A program made the translations under genes and the position numbers. The notes under the pieces are model-generated. The model had not been told where the DNA came from and did not search any database. It was given only the letters and a program-made list of their open reading frames with translations. Below are positions 29,270 through 38,641 of a DNA stretch of 64,000 nucleotides, piece by piece (position 1 is the stretch's first letter; each line of letters opens with the position of its first letter). The stretch is taken from the NCBI GenBank assembly GCA_018829545.1, contig JAHJTX010000313.1, positions 5,374 to 69,373 of the forward strand, in the 5' to 3' direction. The stretch is from Bacteroidota bacterium. Lineage in GTDB: Bacteria > Bacteroidota > Ignavibacteria > Ignavibacteriales > Melioribacteraceae.

Positions 29270-32050
29270 TCAATGTGCCTCTAGCCAATTATCTCCGAAG
29301 CCAGTATCTACCACGACAGGAACATCAAGAGGAAGAGCTGTTTCCATTAAATTTTTAATTATAGGTACAACTTCATCGAGCTCATCTTTTGGAGCGTCAA
29401 ACACTAATTCATCATGAACCTGTAAAACCATCTTCGTCTTGAATTTATCACGATTCAATTTGTTGTGAATATTTATCATGGCAAGCTTAATCATGTCCGC
29501 CGCTGTTCCTTGTATGGGCATATTAATCGCTACTCGTTCTTCAAACTGGCGCACCATTCTATTGCTGCTGTTAATGTTTGGGAGATAGCGCCTTCTTCCG
29601 AGAATTGTTTCAGCGTATCCATTTTCCTTTGCCTGCATAACTGAATCATCCATAAACTGCTTAACTTTTTTAAATGTCCCAAAATAAGTATCAATAATTC
29701 CTTGCGCGTGACTTTGCAGAATACCAAGTCGAGTTTTTAATCCAAACGCTCCGATTCCGTAAAGAATTCCGAAATTAACCTCTTTCGCTTTTCTTCGCAT
29801 ATCGTCTGTAACTTGGTCCGCGGGAACCTGAAATACTAAAGCTGCAGTACTTCTGTGAATATCTTCGTTATTCATGAATGCTTTTTTTAATCCTTCGTCG
29901 CCACAAATGCTCGCCATTATTCGCAATTCAATTTGACTGTAATCCGCACTGATTAAAACGTGTGATTCATCCGCTGGAACAAATGCTTTGCGGATTTCCT
30001 TTCCCAATTCTGTTCTGATAGGAATATTTTGAAGATTTGGTTCAAGACTCGAAAGTCTACCCGTTGAAGCAACAGTCTGATTGAACGAAGTATGAATTCT
30101 TCCTGTGTTAGGATCAATCAATTTTGGCAATGCTTCCGCATAAGTTGAATTTAATTTTGCAGCCTGTCTGTAATCAAGAAGAAGCTGAATAATTTCATTT
30201 TGTCCGAGAAGAGCTTCAAGTGAATGAGCATCGGTTGAAAATCCGGTTTTAGTTTTTTTTGTGGGATTCAAATTCAATTTCTCGAATAAAATATGCTGAA
30301 GCTGCTTTGTTGAATTTATATTAAATTCCTCTCCCGCAATTTTATAAATCGCTTTTGAATATTCTACAATATGAGTTAGTAATTTTGCACTAAAATTAGC
30401 AAGCGCATCAACGTCCAAACGGATTCCTGTTCTTTCCATATCCTCCAGCACCGGCACTAAAGGGAACTCAACCTCATGTGCTAATTTTAATAATTTTGCC
30501 TCTTTTGAAAGTTGCACGTTCAATTTTTCATAAAGCTGAAAGGTAATATCAGCGTCCTCACAAGCATAGTTTGAAAGAAAATCAATATCCGCTTCGAAAA
30601 TCAGAGATGCATCTTTTTTTGTCCCTATCAATTCTGAAAGTAGAATAGGATTATAATTGAGATACTTATTCGATAGCGCATCCATTCCATGTTTTTGATC
30701 GGGGTCAATTATGTAGCTTGCGAGCATAGTATCAAAATGAAAATTCTTGACTGAAATTCCGCAAGTTCTTAAAACAGCGATGTCATATTTACCGTTTTGG
30801 CAAACTTTCTTGATCGATTCATTTTCAAAAAATGGAGTAAATATTTCTTTGAATTCATCAATGCTCAATCTGTCGTTTAGATCTTTAGCGAAAAGATCAC
30901 CTCTCTCCATAAAGGGATTAACAGCCACAAAGTACGCTTCTCCGGCTTCAAAGCAGAATGATGCACCGGCAAGATTAATATTCAATACATCCAGTGAATC
31001 TGTTTCGGTATCAAAAATAACTAGCCCCTGTTTTTGAAGGAGTGATGTCAATTTTCGGGCGTCTTCATTATTTCTAATCAATTTATATTTTACTTTTGAT
31101 TTGTCGAATCTTCGTTCATGTTCTACTTCAATTTCCGGTGCAGTTTCATTTTCAGAACTTTGTGCTTTGTTAAACAGAGCGGTAATTTTACCGCCGTAAT
31201 TTTTGAATTCGAGTTCTTTAAATATTTCCAGCAGCAATTCAAAATTCGGTTCGGTGAATTTTGCTTCTTCAAAATCAAATTTTATTGGAACATCTTTTAC
31301 AATAGTTGCCAGCGTTTTTGAAAGAAAGGCATTTTCTCTGTTCGCTTCTAATTTAGTCTGGACTCCTTTCTTGCTAATTTTATCAATGTTAGCATAAAGA
31401 TTCTCAAGGGATCTAAATTCTTGTAAGAGCGGAACGGCGGTCTTGGGACCAATACCTGCAACACCTGGAATATCATCGGAACTATCTCCAACGAGCGCAA
31501 GAAAATCAATCATCTGATCAGGTGAAATTCCCAAATCTTCTTCAACGGATTTTTTATCTACAATTACTATCTCATCCGTTGATTTGCCAGGTTTAATAAG
31601 AAAAACATTCTCTGTTATTAATTGAATGTAATCTTTATCAGGAGTAACGGCGTATGATATTAACCCATGCTCTTCTGCTTTACAAACTGCTGTTCCTATT
31701 ATATCATCAGCTTCATAACCAGGTATTATATACAACGGAATATTGAAGGCAGAGACAATATCTTTAATCCGCTGCAATTGTGGAATCATATCATCAGGCA
31801 TTTGGGAGCGTGAAGATTTGTAGAGATCATACATCTCGTGCCGGAAAGTTTTTTCTTTCGAATCGAATGCTACCGCAAGGTAATCCGGATTAGTGTCTTC
31901 AATTATTTTCAGTAATTGACTTGTGAATCCAAATACCGCTGAGGTAGATTCTCCCGCAGAATTTTTCAATGGACGATTAATAAATGCAAAATACGCTTTG
32001 TATGCAAGAGCCAACGCGTCAACAATAACAAATTTTTTTTTATCTGACAT
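29270..32050 (-). CDS. polA: DNA polymerase I
   Basis: 926 aa. N-terminal 5'-nuclease domain (VDALALAYKAYF), 3'-5' exonuclease region and polymerase motifs (DYSQIELR, QVHDELVF). Confidence 0.98.
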   Translation of the reverse strand: MSDKKKFVIVDALALAYKAYFAFINRPLKNSAGESTSAVFGFTSQLLKIIEDTNPDYLAVAFDSKEKTFRHEMYDLYKSSRSQMPDDMIPQLQRIKDIVSAFNIPLYIIPGYEADDIIGTAVCKAEEHGLISYAVTPDKDYIQLITENVFLIKPGKSTDEIVIVDKKSVEEDLGISPDQMIDFLALVGDSSDDIPGVAGIGPKTAVPLLQEFRSLENLYANIDKISKKGVQTKLEANRENAFLSKTLATIVKDVPIKFDFEEAKFTEPNFELLLEIFKELEFKNYGGKITALFNKAQSSENETAPEIEVEHERRFDKSKVKYKLIRNNEDARKLTSLLQKQGLVIFDTETDSLDVLNINLAGASFCFEAGEAYFVAVNPFMERGDLFAKDLNDRLSIDEFKEIFTPFFENESIKKVCQNGKYDIAVLRTCGISVKNFHFDTMLASYIIDPDQKHGMDALSNKYLNYNPILLSELIGTKKDASLIFEADIDFLSNYACEDADITFQLYEKLNVQLSKEAKLLKLAHEVEFPLVPVLEDMERTGIRLDVDALANFSAKLLTHIVEYSKAIYKIAGEEFNINSTKQLQHILFEKLNLNPTKKTKTGFSTDAHSLEALLGQNEIIQLLLDYRQAAKLNSTYAEALPKLIDPNTGRIHTSFNQTVASTGRLSSLEPNLQNIPIRTELGKEIRKAFVPADESHVLISADYSQIELRIMASICGDEGLKKAFMNNEDIHRSTAALVFQVPADQVTDDMRRKAKEVNFGILYGIGAFGLKTRLGILQSHAQGIIDTYFGTFKKVKQFMDDSVMQAKENGYAETILGRRRYLPNINSSNRMVRQFEERVAINMPIQGTAADMIKLAMINIHNKLNRDKFKTKMVLQVHDELVFDAPKDELDEVVPIIKNLMETALPLDVPVVVDTGFGDNWLEAH

Positions 32051-32146
32051 ATATTTATCACTTTTTCATAAATTTGAGGTGAAGTTATTATAGTATCTTG
32101 AAACACTAAACCATAATAACAATTTATAACTTAAATTTGGAAATCA

Positions 32147-33154
32147 ATGAACGCCAAAAAATACTTTCTTCCGCTGATTATTATAATCATTAATCTTGCG
32201 ACTTACACTTATTCGCAAAACACAGAGTACATTTACACTGCAACGTGGAATCTTGAAAATCTTTTCGACACAATTGATGATGCAGACACAAAGGATGAAG
32301 AGTTTACGCCAAACGGAGCAAAAAATTGGACTGAGGAAAAACTCACTGAGAAAATTTACAATTTGTCGCGTGTAATTAAATATATGAATGAACTTCGCGG
32401 TCCAGATATTTTGGGCGTTCAAGAAGTAGAGCACGAACATTTGCTTAAAACTCTGTTGGAAAAACATTTCTGCGATAGAAATTATAAAATAGTCTATAAA
32501 GAATCGCTTGATGGTCGCGGAATCGACAACGGACTTATTTATAACGCGGATAAATTCACATTCATTGAGAAAGAATTACTCGAAGTAAAATTAAAAGACG
32601 GCTGGCAGACAAGATATATTTTGCGTGTAAGATTAAAACACAATAAGAATGAAATTATTTCCGTTTTTGTGAATCATTGGCCATCACGAAGCGGGGGACA
32701 GGAAAGATCCGAGCCGGGTAGAATTATAGCCGCTGAGACGCTTAAAGATAAGTTAGAGCAAATTAAAAAAAATCAGCCCAATGAACATATAATAATTCTC
32801 GGCGATTTTAACGATGAGCCAATAAATACATCTTTGCAAATTGTTGAAAAAGCAGACGGAGAAAACAAATTAATCAGAAATCTATCAAAGGATTTAGCAG
32901 CGACTGGAAAAGGCTCTTACAAATTTGCAGATAGGTGGAATATGCTCGATCAAATCCTGATATCAAAGAATTTCGAAGATGGAATTGGGATTGAATATGT
33001 AAACGATTCGTTCGAGATAATTTCACCTGAATTTGCGCTAACAAAAACCGGATCGTACAAAGGTACATTCAGACCAACTTTTGGCGGGAGGAATTATCTC
33101 GGCGGTTTCAGCGATCATTTTCCTGTCGGAGCTTTATTTAAGTTTATTCAATAA
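32147..33154 (+). CDS. secreted endonuclease/exonuclease/phosphatase (EEP) family protein
   Basis: 335 aa with signal peptide. TWNLENLFD, LGVQEVE, GDFND and SDHFPV motifs of the EEP fold. Confidence 0.8.
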   Translation: MNAKKYFLPLIIIIINLATYTYSQNTEYIYTATWNLENLFDTIDDADTKDEEFTPNGAKNWTEEKLTEKIYNLSRVIKYMNELRGPDILGVQEVEHEHLLKTLLEKHFCDRNYKIVYKESLDGRGIDNGLIYNADKFTFIEKELLEVKLKDGWQTRYILRVRLKHNKNEIISVFVNHWPSRSGGQERSEPGRIIAAETLKDKLEQIKKNQPNEHIIILGDFNDEPINTSLQIVEKADGENKLIRNLSKDLAATGKGSYKFADRWNMLDQILISKNFEDGIGIEYVNDSFEIISPEFALTKTGSYKGTFRPTFGGRNYLGGFSDHFPVGALFKFIQ

Positions 33155-33239
33155 ATATAAAATTGATTGGTTTTTTTGAATAATACATTTTAGATTTTGA
33201 TAAGCATTTAAATCTGTTTAAGTTTCGCAGGAAATATTT

Positions 33240-33358
33240 GAGTCCACTCCGAAAAACCCCAAACGGGTTAAAACCCGTTTGGGAAAGTTTGTTTTTAGCT
33301 TGTTATCCCCACGTTAAAACGTGGGGTTAATAACAATATGACTTTTCAGAGTGGACTC
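33240..33358 (+). mobile_element. 119-bp MITE-like palindromic repeat, copy 3
   Basis: 119/119 identical to copy 1. Flanked by AATATTT on both sides. Lies 186 nt upstream of exbB. Confidence 0.85.
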
Positions 33359-33444
33359 AATATTTAGATATTTCTAATTCATTATGAACACCATCAAAAA
33401 GTTGTAATAGATGGTTAAATCGCACATAGAGGTAAAATTATATA

Positions 33445-33473
33445 TTGACATTTGTCGGCTAAATGGTTAATGT
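33445..33473 (+). promoter_or_regulatory. candidate sigma-70-type promoter for the exbB operon
   Basis: TTGACA (33445-33450), 17-nt spacer, TAATGT (33468-33473), about 70 nt upstream of the exbB ATG. Promoter consensus in this lineage is unknown to me. Confidence 0.35.
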
Positions 33474-33543
33474 TGGCAAATATTTTTTGAGTATTTTTTC
33501 GATAACATTTCTATTAAATAAATAATTTCGGAGGTTAACCCGT

Positions 33544-34227
33544 ATGCAACTTACAGAAATTCTTGGTTTCGCAACTTATGTTATTGCTCAAGTTGAGGAT
33601 ACCGGCGTATTAACTTATCTGCAGCAAAAATTTGTTGCGGGCGGCGGTTTCATGTGGCCAATTTTAGCAAGTTTAGTTTTAGGTTTAGCGTTTAGTATAG
33701 AAAGAATGTGGACTCTTACACGCGCCAGCATGAATACCAAAAAATTCATCGTTGACGTTAAAGATGCTTTAACAAAAGGCGGCGTAAACGAAGCAATGAA
33801 AGTTTGCGAAAACACAAGAGGTTCAATCGCTTCTGTATTCCATGCTGGTTTATTGCGAGCTGATGATGGCGTTGACGCTGCTGAAAAAGCAATTATGGCT
33901 TACGGCGCAATCGAAATGGGATTCTTGGAAAGAGGATTAATTTGGATCTCAACATTTATTACTATTGCTCCGATGCTTGGATTTACCGGAACAGTTCAAG
34001 GTATGATCGAAGCTTTTGATGCAATTGCAGAAGCAGCTCAAATTTCTCCAGGTATCGTTGCTGGCGGTATTTCCGTTGCGTTGCTTACAACTTTATTTGG
34101 TCTTGTTACTGCAATGATTCTTCAATTATTCTACAACTACTTTGTTGCTAGAATTGACAAATTAGTTGCGGATATGGAAGAAAGCTCAATTGAACTTATT
34201 GATGCACTTTACGAAATGAAAAAATAA
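33544..34227 (+). CDS. exbB: MotA/TolQ/ExbB proton-channel protein
   Basis: 227 aa with three TM helices. IAPMLGFTGTVQGMI motif. Confidence 0.9.
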   Translation: MQLTEILGFATYVIAQVEDTGVLTYLQQKFVAGGGFMWPILASLVLGLAFSIERMWTLTRASMNTKKFIVDVKDALTKGGVNEAMKVCENTRGSIASVFHAGLLRADDGVDAAEKAIMAYGAIEMGFLERGLIWISTFITIAPMLGFTGTVQGMIEAFDAIAEAAQISPGIVAGGISVALLTTLFGLVTAMILQLFYNYFVARIDKLVADMEESSIELIDALYEMKK

Positions 34228-34255
34228 ACCTTGTTCAATTAAAAAGTAGATAAAC

Positions 34256-34792
34256 ATGGTAAAGATTAAAAAGGGTTCAACAAGAACAGCGGAAATTCCT
34301 ACAAGTTCGATGGCGGATATTGCTTTCCTTCTGCTACTGTTTTTCTTGGTTGCAACGGTTATTGATGTTGACACTGGAATCGGCTTGAGTCTGCCCGAAT
34401 ACGTTCCGCCTGATGAACAGATTACTGCTGAAATATCGAAAGATAGAATGGCTGCTATCTTAATTAACGAGAATGGAGATGTTCTGCTTAATAAAGAGGT
34501 TATTGCCATTCCGCAGATTAGGCAGACACTGATTCCAAGGATTGAAAGCAAGATTGAATTGCCAAAGAATAAAAAGCTAATTGTTTCTGTGAAAACAGAT
34601 AGAAAAACGAATTACAATCTATATATTCAAGCGTTAGATCAGGTAAAAGCGGCTTATGCAGAAGTTAAAGAAGCCTACTCAAAAACTACTTTCGGCGTTA
34701 GAATGTTGGATTTGAATGAAGAGCAAATGGACGAATTAAGAGAAAAAATACCTATAATTATTTCGATTGCTGAACCGGAATCTGTTAAATAA
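34256..34792 (+). CDS. exbD: ExbD/TolR biopolymer transport protein (long form)
   Basis: AEIPTSSMADIAFLLLLFFLV N-terminal anchor is typical of ExbD. 178 aa. Confidence 0.85.
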   Translation: MVKIKKGSTRTAEIPTSSMADIAFLLLLFFLVATVIDVDTGIGLSLPEYVPPDEQITAEISKDRMAAILINENGDVLLNKEVIAIPQIRQTLIPRIESKIELPKNKKLIVSVKTDRKTNYNLYIQALDQVKAAYAEVKEAYSKTTFGVRMLDLNEEQMDELREKIPIIISIAEPESVK

Positions 34793-34808
34793 ACATTAGA
34801 GGAAACGC

Positions 34809-35222
34809 ATGAAATTTCAAAAGAAAAGAGCTGCTACAAAGCAGGAGATTCCAACAGCATCCATGCCGGATATTGTATTCATGCTTTTATTGTTCTTTAT
34901 GGTAACTACAACTCTTAGAGAAGTTGACATTTTGGTTCAATTTAAATTGCCCGAAGCAGAAGCAATTGAAAAGATAGAAAATAAAAGACTTATCTCTTAC
35001 ATTTACGTCGGCAACAATGAACGAATTCAGTTAAACGATAACATCGTTCAACTAGAAGAAGTTAAAGATATTATGTATAAAAAGAGAGTTGAATTACCAA
35101 ACGTGATTGTTTCACTTAGAATTGATAAAAATTCTAGCATGGGAATTGTGACCGATATTCAGCAGGAACTCAGAAAAGCGGATGCAAGAAGAATAAATTA
35201 TTCTGCAATGCTAAAGCAGTAA
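34809..35222 (+). CDS. exbD: ExbD/TolR biopolymer transport protein
   Basis: QEIPTASMPDIVFMLLLFFMV anchor. 137 aa. Confidence 0.88.
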   Translation: MKFQKKRAATKQEIPTASMPDIVFMLLLFFMVTTTLREVDILVQFKLPEAEAIEKIENKRLISYIYVGNNERIQLNDNIVQLEEVKDIMYKKRVELPNVIVSLRIDKNSSMGIVTDIQQELRKADARRINYSAMLKQ

Positions 35223-35246
35223 AATAGAAAATGTAATTGAAATTTA

Positions 35247-35281
35247 AGGCAGGCTCTTTTTTACGACCTGCCTTTTTTTTT
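35247..35281 (+). terminator. rho-independent terminator after the exbB-exbD-exbD operon
   Basis: AGGCAGG ... CCTGCCT stem followed by a run of 9 T, 25 nt after the exbD stop. Confidence 0.6.
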
Positions 35282-35293
35282 AGGGTGAATGCA

Positions 35294-35746
35294 ATGGGAC
35301 TTAAAGAAAAAATCAACGATAACTTAAAATCTTCAATGAAATCCGGCGATAAAGTACGCCTAAGCACAATTCGCTCGATTAGGGCGTTGATTCTGGAATT
35401 TGAAAAAAGCGGTGCGGGCAGAGAACTTTCGCCCGAAGATGAATTGAATTTATTATCGTCAGCGGCAAAAAAGCGTAAAGAATCCATTGAACAATTTGAA
35501 AAAGGCGGACGCATTGAATTGGTGGATCAAGAAAAACATGAACTGGAGATTATTAATGAATTTCTGCCAAAGCAGCTAAGTGACGAAGAATTGTTCGATG
35601 AAATAAAAAAAATAGCGCATGAAGTCGGCGCCAGTTCAAAGGCAGATTTCGCAAAACTGATGCCAGTCGCTGCAAAATCTTTTAAAGGCAAAGCAGACGG
35701 TAAAAAAGTTAAAGAGATGGTGGATAAATTACTGAGCGGCAATTGA
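35294..35746 (+). CDS. GatB/YqeY-domain protein
   Basis: MGLKEKINDNLKSSMKSGDK...LSTIR is the typical YqeY N-terminus. ATG at 35294 is chosen because the longer ORF (35237) would read through the terminator hairpin. Confidence 0.85.
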   Translation: MGLKEKINDNLKSSMKSGDKVRLSTIRSIRALILEFEKSGAGRELSPEDELNLLSSAAKKRKESIEQFEKGGRIELVDQEKHELEIINEFLPKQLSDEELFDEIKKIAHEVGASSKADFAKLMPVAAKSFKGKADGKKVKEMVDKLLSGN

Positions 35747-36288
35747 ACTACGTTGACTATATAATAATTTTAGTTGTCGCAGTTGGTTTTATACTTGGTT
35801 TCAAGGACGGACTTGTTCGGAAAATTATTGGTCTTCTTGGTTTAATTTTAGGAATTGTCTTCGCATTAACATTTTCGGATGAGCTGGGCGAATTTATCTC
35901 GCCAATGTTAAACCACGAACTTTATTTAGCTGAAATTGCTGCGGGAATAGTCATTTTTATTATTACAATTTTTATTGCCTCAGTTCTAAAACGTGTCATT
36001 CATCCACTCGATAAAGTGAATAAATTTTTTAATCAAATTTTAGGCGGAATTACCGGATCACTTCAAATAATATATCTTATTAGCGGATTCCTCCTCTTTT
36101 TGAACATTTTTAAAATTCCTTCTGCTGAAGCGCGCGATGAATCGTTATTGTATCAAAAAGCTGCCGCCATTATTCCTTACAGCATTGAATTTGTAATGGG
36201 CTCAAATTCTAAGGCAGAGGATTTTATAAAAGATTTTATCGAAGAAAAAGACTCCAGCGTAATTGATACAACTCAATCCGACGATTAA
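35743..36288 (+). CDS. cvpA: CvpA-family membrane protein
   Basis: NYVDYIIILVVAVGFILGFKDGLVRKI is the typical CvpA start. 4 TM helices. TTG start overlapping the upstream stop. Confidence 0.8.
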   Translation: MNYVDYIIILVVAVGFILGFKDGLVRKIIGLLGLILGIVFALTFSDELGEFISPMLNHELYLAEIAAGIVIFIITIFIASVLKRVIHPLDKVNKFFNQILGGITGSLQIIYLISGFLLFLNIFKIPSAEARDESLLYQKAAAIIPYSIEFVMGSNSKAEDFIKDFIEEKDSSVIDTTQSDD

Positions 36289-36289
36289 A

Positions 36290-38635
36290 ATGATTTCCTC
36301 AAAAACCATAGAGCAGTTGGAATTCCCTAAGATATTAGAATCTATTGCAAAATATGCTTCAACGGAAACCGGTAAAAAATTAATATTAAAGATTCATCAG
36401 CTTGATTCAATTCAGGAAATTGAACTTAGCGGGCAATTGGTAGATGAAGCAAAAGAAATTATTATTAAGCAGCATTCAATTCCAATCATGTATTTGCCAG
36501 ATCTGCAGGAGCAGCTTATTCGGAGTAGAATTGAAGGCACAATACTAAGTATTAAAGATATCCACGATGTTTTAAATTTGGCTTCATCATCGCGGATACT
36601 TTTTCAATTCCTAAAAACCAATGCAATCGAATCAAAGTTATTCAGACTTTACGGCGAATTACTTTTTGTAAATAAAAATTTCGAGGGTTTAATCTCGCGC
36701 ATATTCACGGAATCTGGCGAAATTAAAGACAACGCCAGCAGCGACCTTAAAGAAATTAGAAAAAAAATAATTGAGAAAAGTGAGAGCTTAAGAAAAACTG
36801 TAAATGTAATTTTGAAGAGATTAAGCGAATCCTATCTTGTTCAAGAAGAATATATTACCCAGCGTGATGGAAGAATTGTTTTACCCGTTAAAGCTGAGCA
36901 TAAACGTCATGTAAGAGGATTTATCCACTCAGAATCAGCAACGGGGCAAACAGTGTATGTTGAGCCCGAAGAAACATTGGAAATGAATAATGAAATTCTT
37001 TCATTAAAATTTGCAGAGAAAAGAGAAATTGAAAGGATTTTACGAGCTCTTACCGCCCGAATCGGCGAAGACAGTTACAATCTAATCCAATCGCAGGAAG
37101 CTGTTTCTAACCTCGATAAAATATTTGCAAAGGCTCATTATTCCAATGAGATTATTGGCTCTTTTCCAACTATAGATAAAAATCTTCCTCTAAATATTAT
37201 TGATGCGCGGCATCCGTTGTTGGTTAAAAAGCTGGGCAGGGATTTATCTATTCCGCTTAACGTAAAAGTTAAAAATCAAAAAGTAATTTTGATAACTGGA
37301 CCGAACGCCGGAGGCAAAACTGTTGTATTAAAAACTGTTGGACTACTATCATTGATGGTTCAATCGGGGCTGCATATTCCATCTGATCCGGATTCGAATT
37401 TCCATATTTTCGAAAACATTTTAATTGATATAGGCGATCAACAATCGATTGAAGATGATCTAAGTACATTCAGCTCACATTTGAAAAATATTAATTTTAT
37501 TATCAAAAATGCTGATGGAAATACGCTGGTATTACTCGATGAAGTTGGCACCGGCACAGATCCGGTGGAAGGCTCTGCCATAGCAACTGCAATTTTAATA
37601 AATCTGAACAGTCAAAAGGCTTTGACATTTGCAACTACTCACCACGGCAACTTGAAGTTGATTGCCAACGATCTTGAAGGATTCGAAAACGCATCAATGA
37701 AGTTTGATTCAGAAAAACTTGCGCCGACTTATCTGTTTATTCAAGGAAAGCCTGGGAGTAGTTACGCTTTTGAAGTAGCAAATAAAATTGGTTTGCCCCA
37801 AGAAATTATTGAATCAGCTAAAAATTATATCGATTCAGACAAAACCAAGATTGAAAATTTTCTAGTGGAGATCGAAAAGAAATCGAATATACTTGAGGAA
37901 AAATTAAAGTCCGCAGAAATAGAAAATACTAGATTGAAAGGATTAGCAAATCTGTATGAATCTAAAGTGAAGAAACTTGAAAATGAGAAAAAAGAGATCA
38001 TACTTGATGTGAAAACCAAAGCCGACACTTATCTTAAAGATGTTAATAAAAGAGTTGAACAGACGATTAAGAATATTAAAGAATCCAATGCGGCGAAAAA
38101 TGTAATTAAAAACGAAAAAAATATTATCAGCGTTCTTAAAAAGGAAAACGAAGAATTTATAAAAGCAAATAAAACTCTTGCTCAACTGGAAAACTATATT
38201 CCGCAAATTGGCGATTACATTCGGATAAAGGACACCGACGCAACTGGGGAAATTATAAGTCTCGACGGAGACATTGCTTTTATTAGTTCAGGTTCAATAA
38301 AATTGAAAGTAAATGTGCAGCAATTATTGCATGAAAAAAAATTAAAAAAAATTCTGCGAGAAGACAAATACTCTCATTATATTAAACCTATTAAAAGCCA
38401 GAGATTAGATATTAGGGGACAAAAACCTGAAGAGGCTGAAATGAAAATAATCAGATTTTTAGACGACGCCTACGCTTCAAGTCAATCTAATATTGAAATT
38501 CTTCATGGAAAAGGTACCGGAGTTTTAAAACAATTAGTTCAAGATGTTTTAAAAGCTCACACTGCTGTTAAGAATTACCACTTCGCTAAAATTGAATTCG
38601 GCGGAGTGGGAATAACAATTGTTGAATTAAATTAG
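36290..38635 (+). CDS. mutS2: endonuclease MutS2 (MutS domain + C-terminal Smr)
   Basis: Walker A ITGPNAGGKT, long coiled-coil and C-terminal Smr domain (LDIRGQKPEEA...ILHGKGTGVLK). ATG at 36290 is 1 nt after the cvpA stop. Confidence 0.93.
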   Translation: MISSKTIEQLEFPKILESIAKYASTETGKKLILKIHQLDSIQEIELSGQLVDEAKEIIIKQHSIPIMYLPDLQEQLIRSRIEGTILSIKDIHDVLNLASSSRILFQFLKTNAIESKLFRLYGELLFVNKNFEGLISRIFTESGEIKDNASSDLKEIRKKIIEKSESLRKTVNVILKRLSESYLVQEEYITQRDGRIVLPVKAEHKRHVRGFIHSESATGQTVYVEPEETLEMNNEILSLKFAEKREIERILRALTARIGEDSYNLIQSQEAVSNLDKIFAKAHYSNEIIGSFPTIDKNLPLNIIDARHPLLVKKLGRDLSIPLNVKVKNQKVILITGPNAGGKTVVLKTVGLLSLMVQSGLHIPSDPDSNFHIFENILIDIGDQQSIEDDLSTFSSHLKNINFIIKNADGNTLVLLDEVGTGTDPVEGSAIATAILINLNSQKALTFATTHHGNLKLIANDLEGFENASMKFDSEKLAPTYLFIQGKPGSSYAFEVANKIGLPQEIIESAKNYIDSDKTKIENFLVEIEKKSNILEEKLKSAEIENTRLKGLANLYESKVKKLENEKKEIILDVKTKADTYLKDVNKRVEQTIKNIKESNAAKNVIKNEKNIISVLKKENEEFIKANKTLAQLENYIPQIGDYIRIKDTDATGEIISLDGDIAFISSGSIKLKVNVQQLLHEKKLKKILREDKYSHYIKPIKSQRLDIRGQKPEEAEMKIIRFLDDAYASSQSNIEILHGKGTGVLKQLVQDVLKAHTAVKNYHFAKIEFGGVGITIVELN

Positions 38636-38641
38636 AAATTA

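Noticed and set aside
32144-32467. 107-aa minus-strand ORF at the start of the EEP nuclease gene
   Set aside because: It lies antisense to the signal peptide and first catalytic motifs of a well-supported gene, and would leave no promoter space for polA. Judged spurious.
35237-35293. N-terminal extension of the YqeY-domain ORF (track start 35237)
   Set aside because: The extension translates the exbD terminator hairpin and its T-run (..RPAFFFRV..). The canonical YqeY N-terminus begins at the internal ATG 35294.
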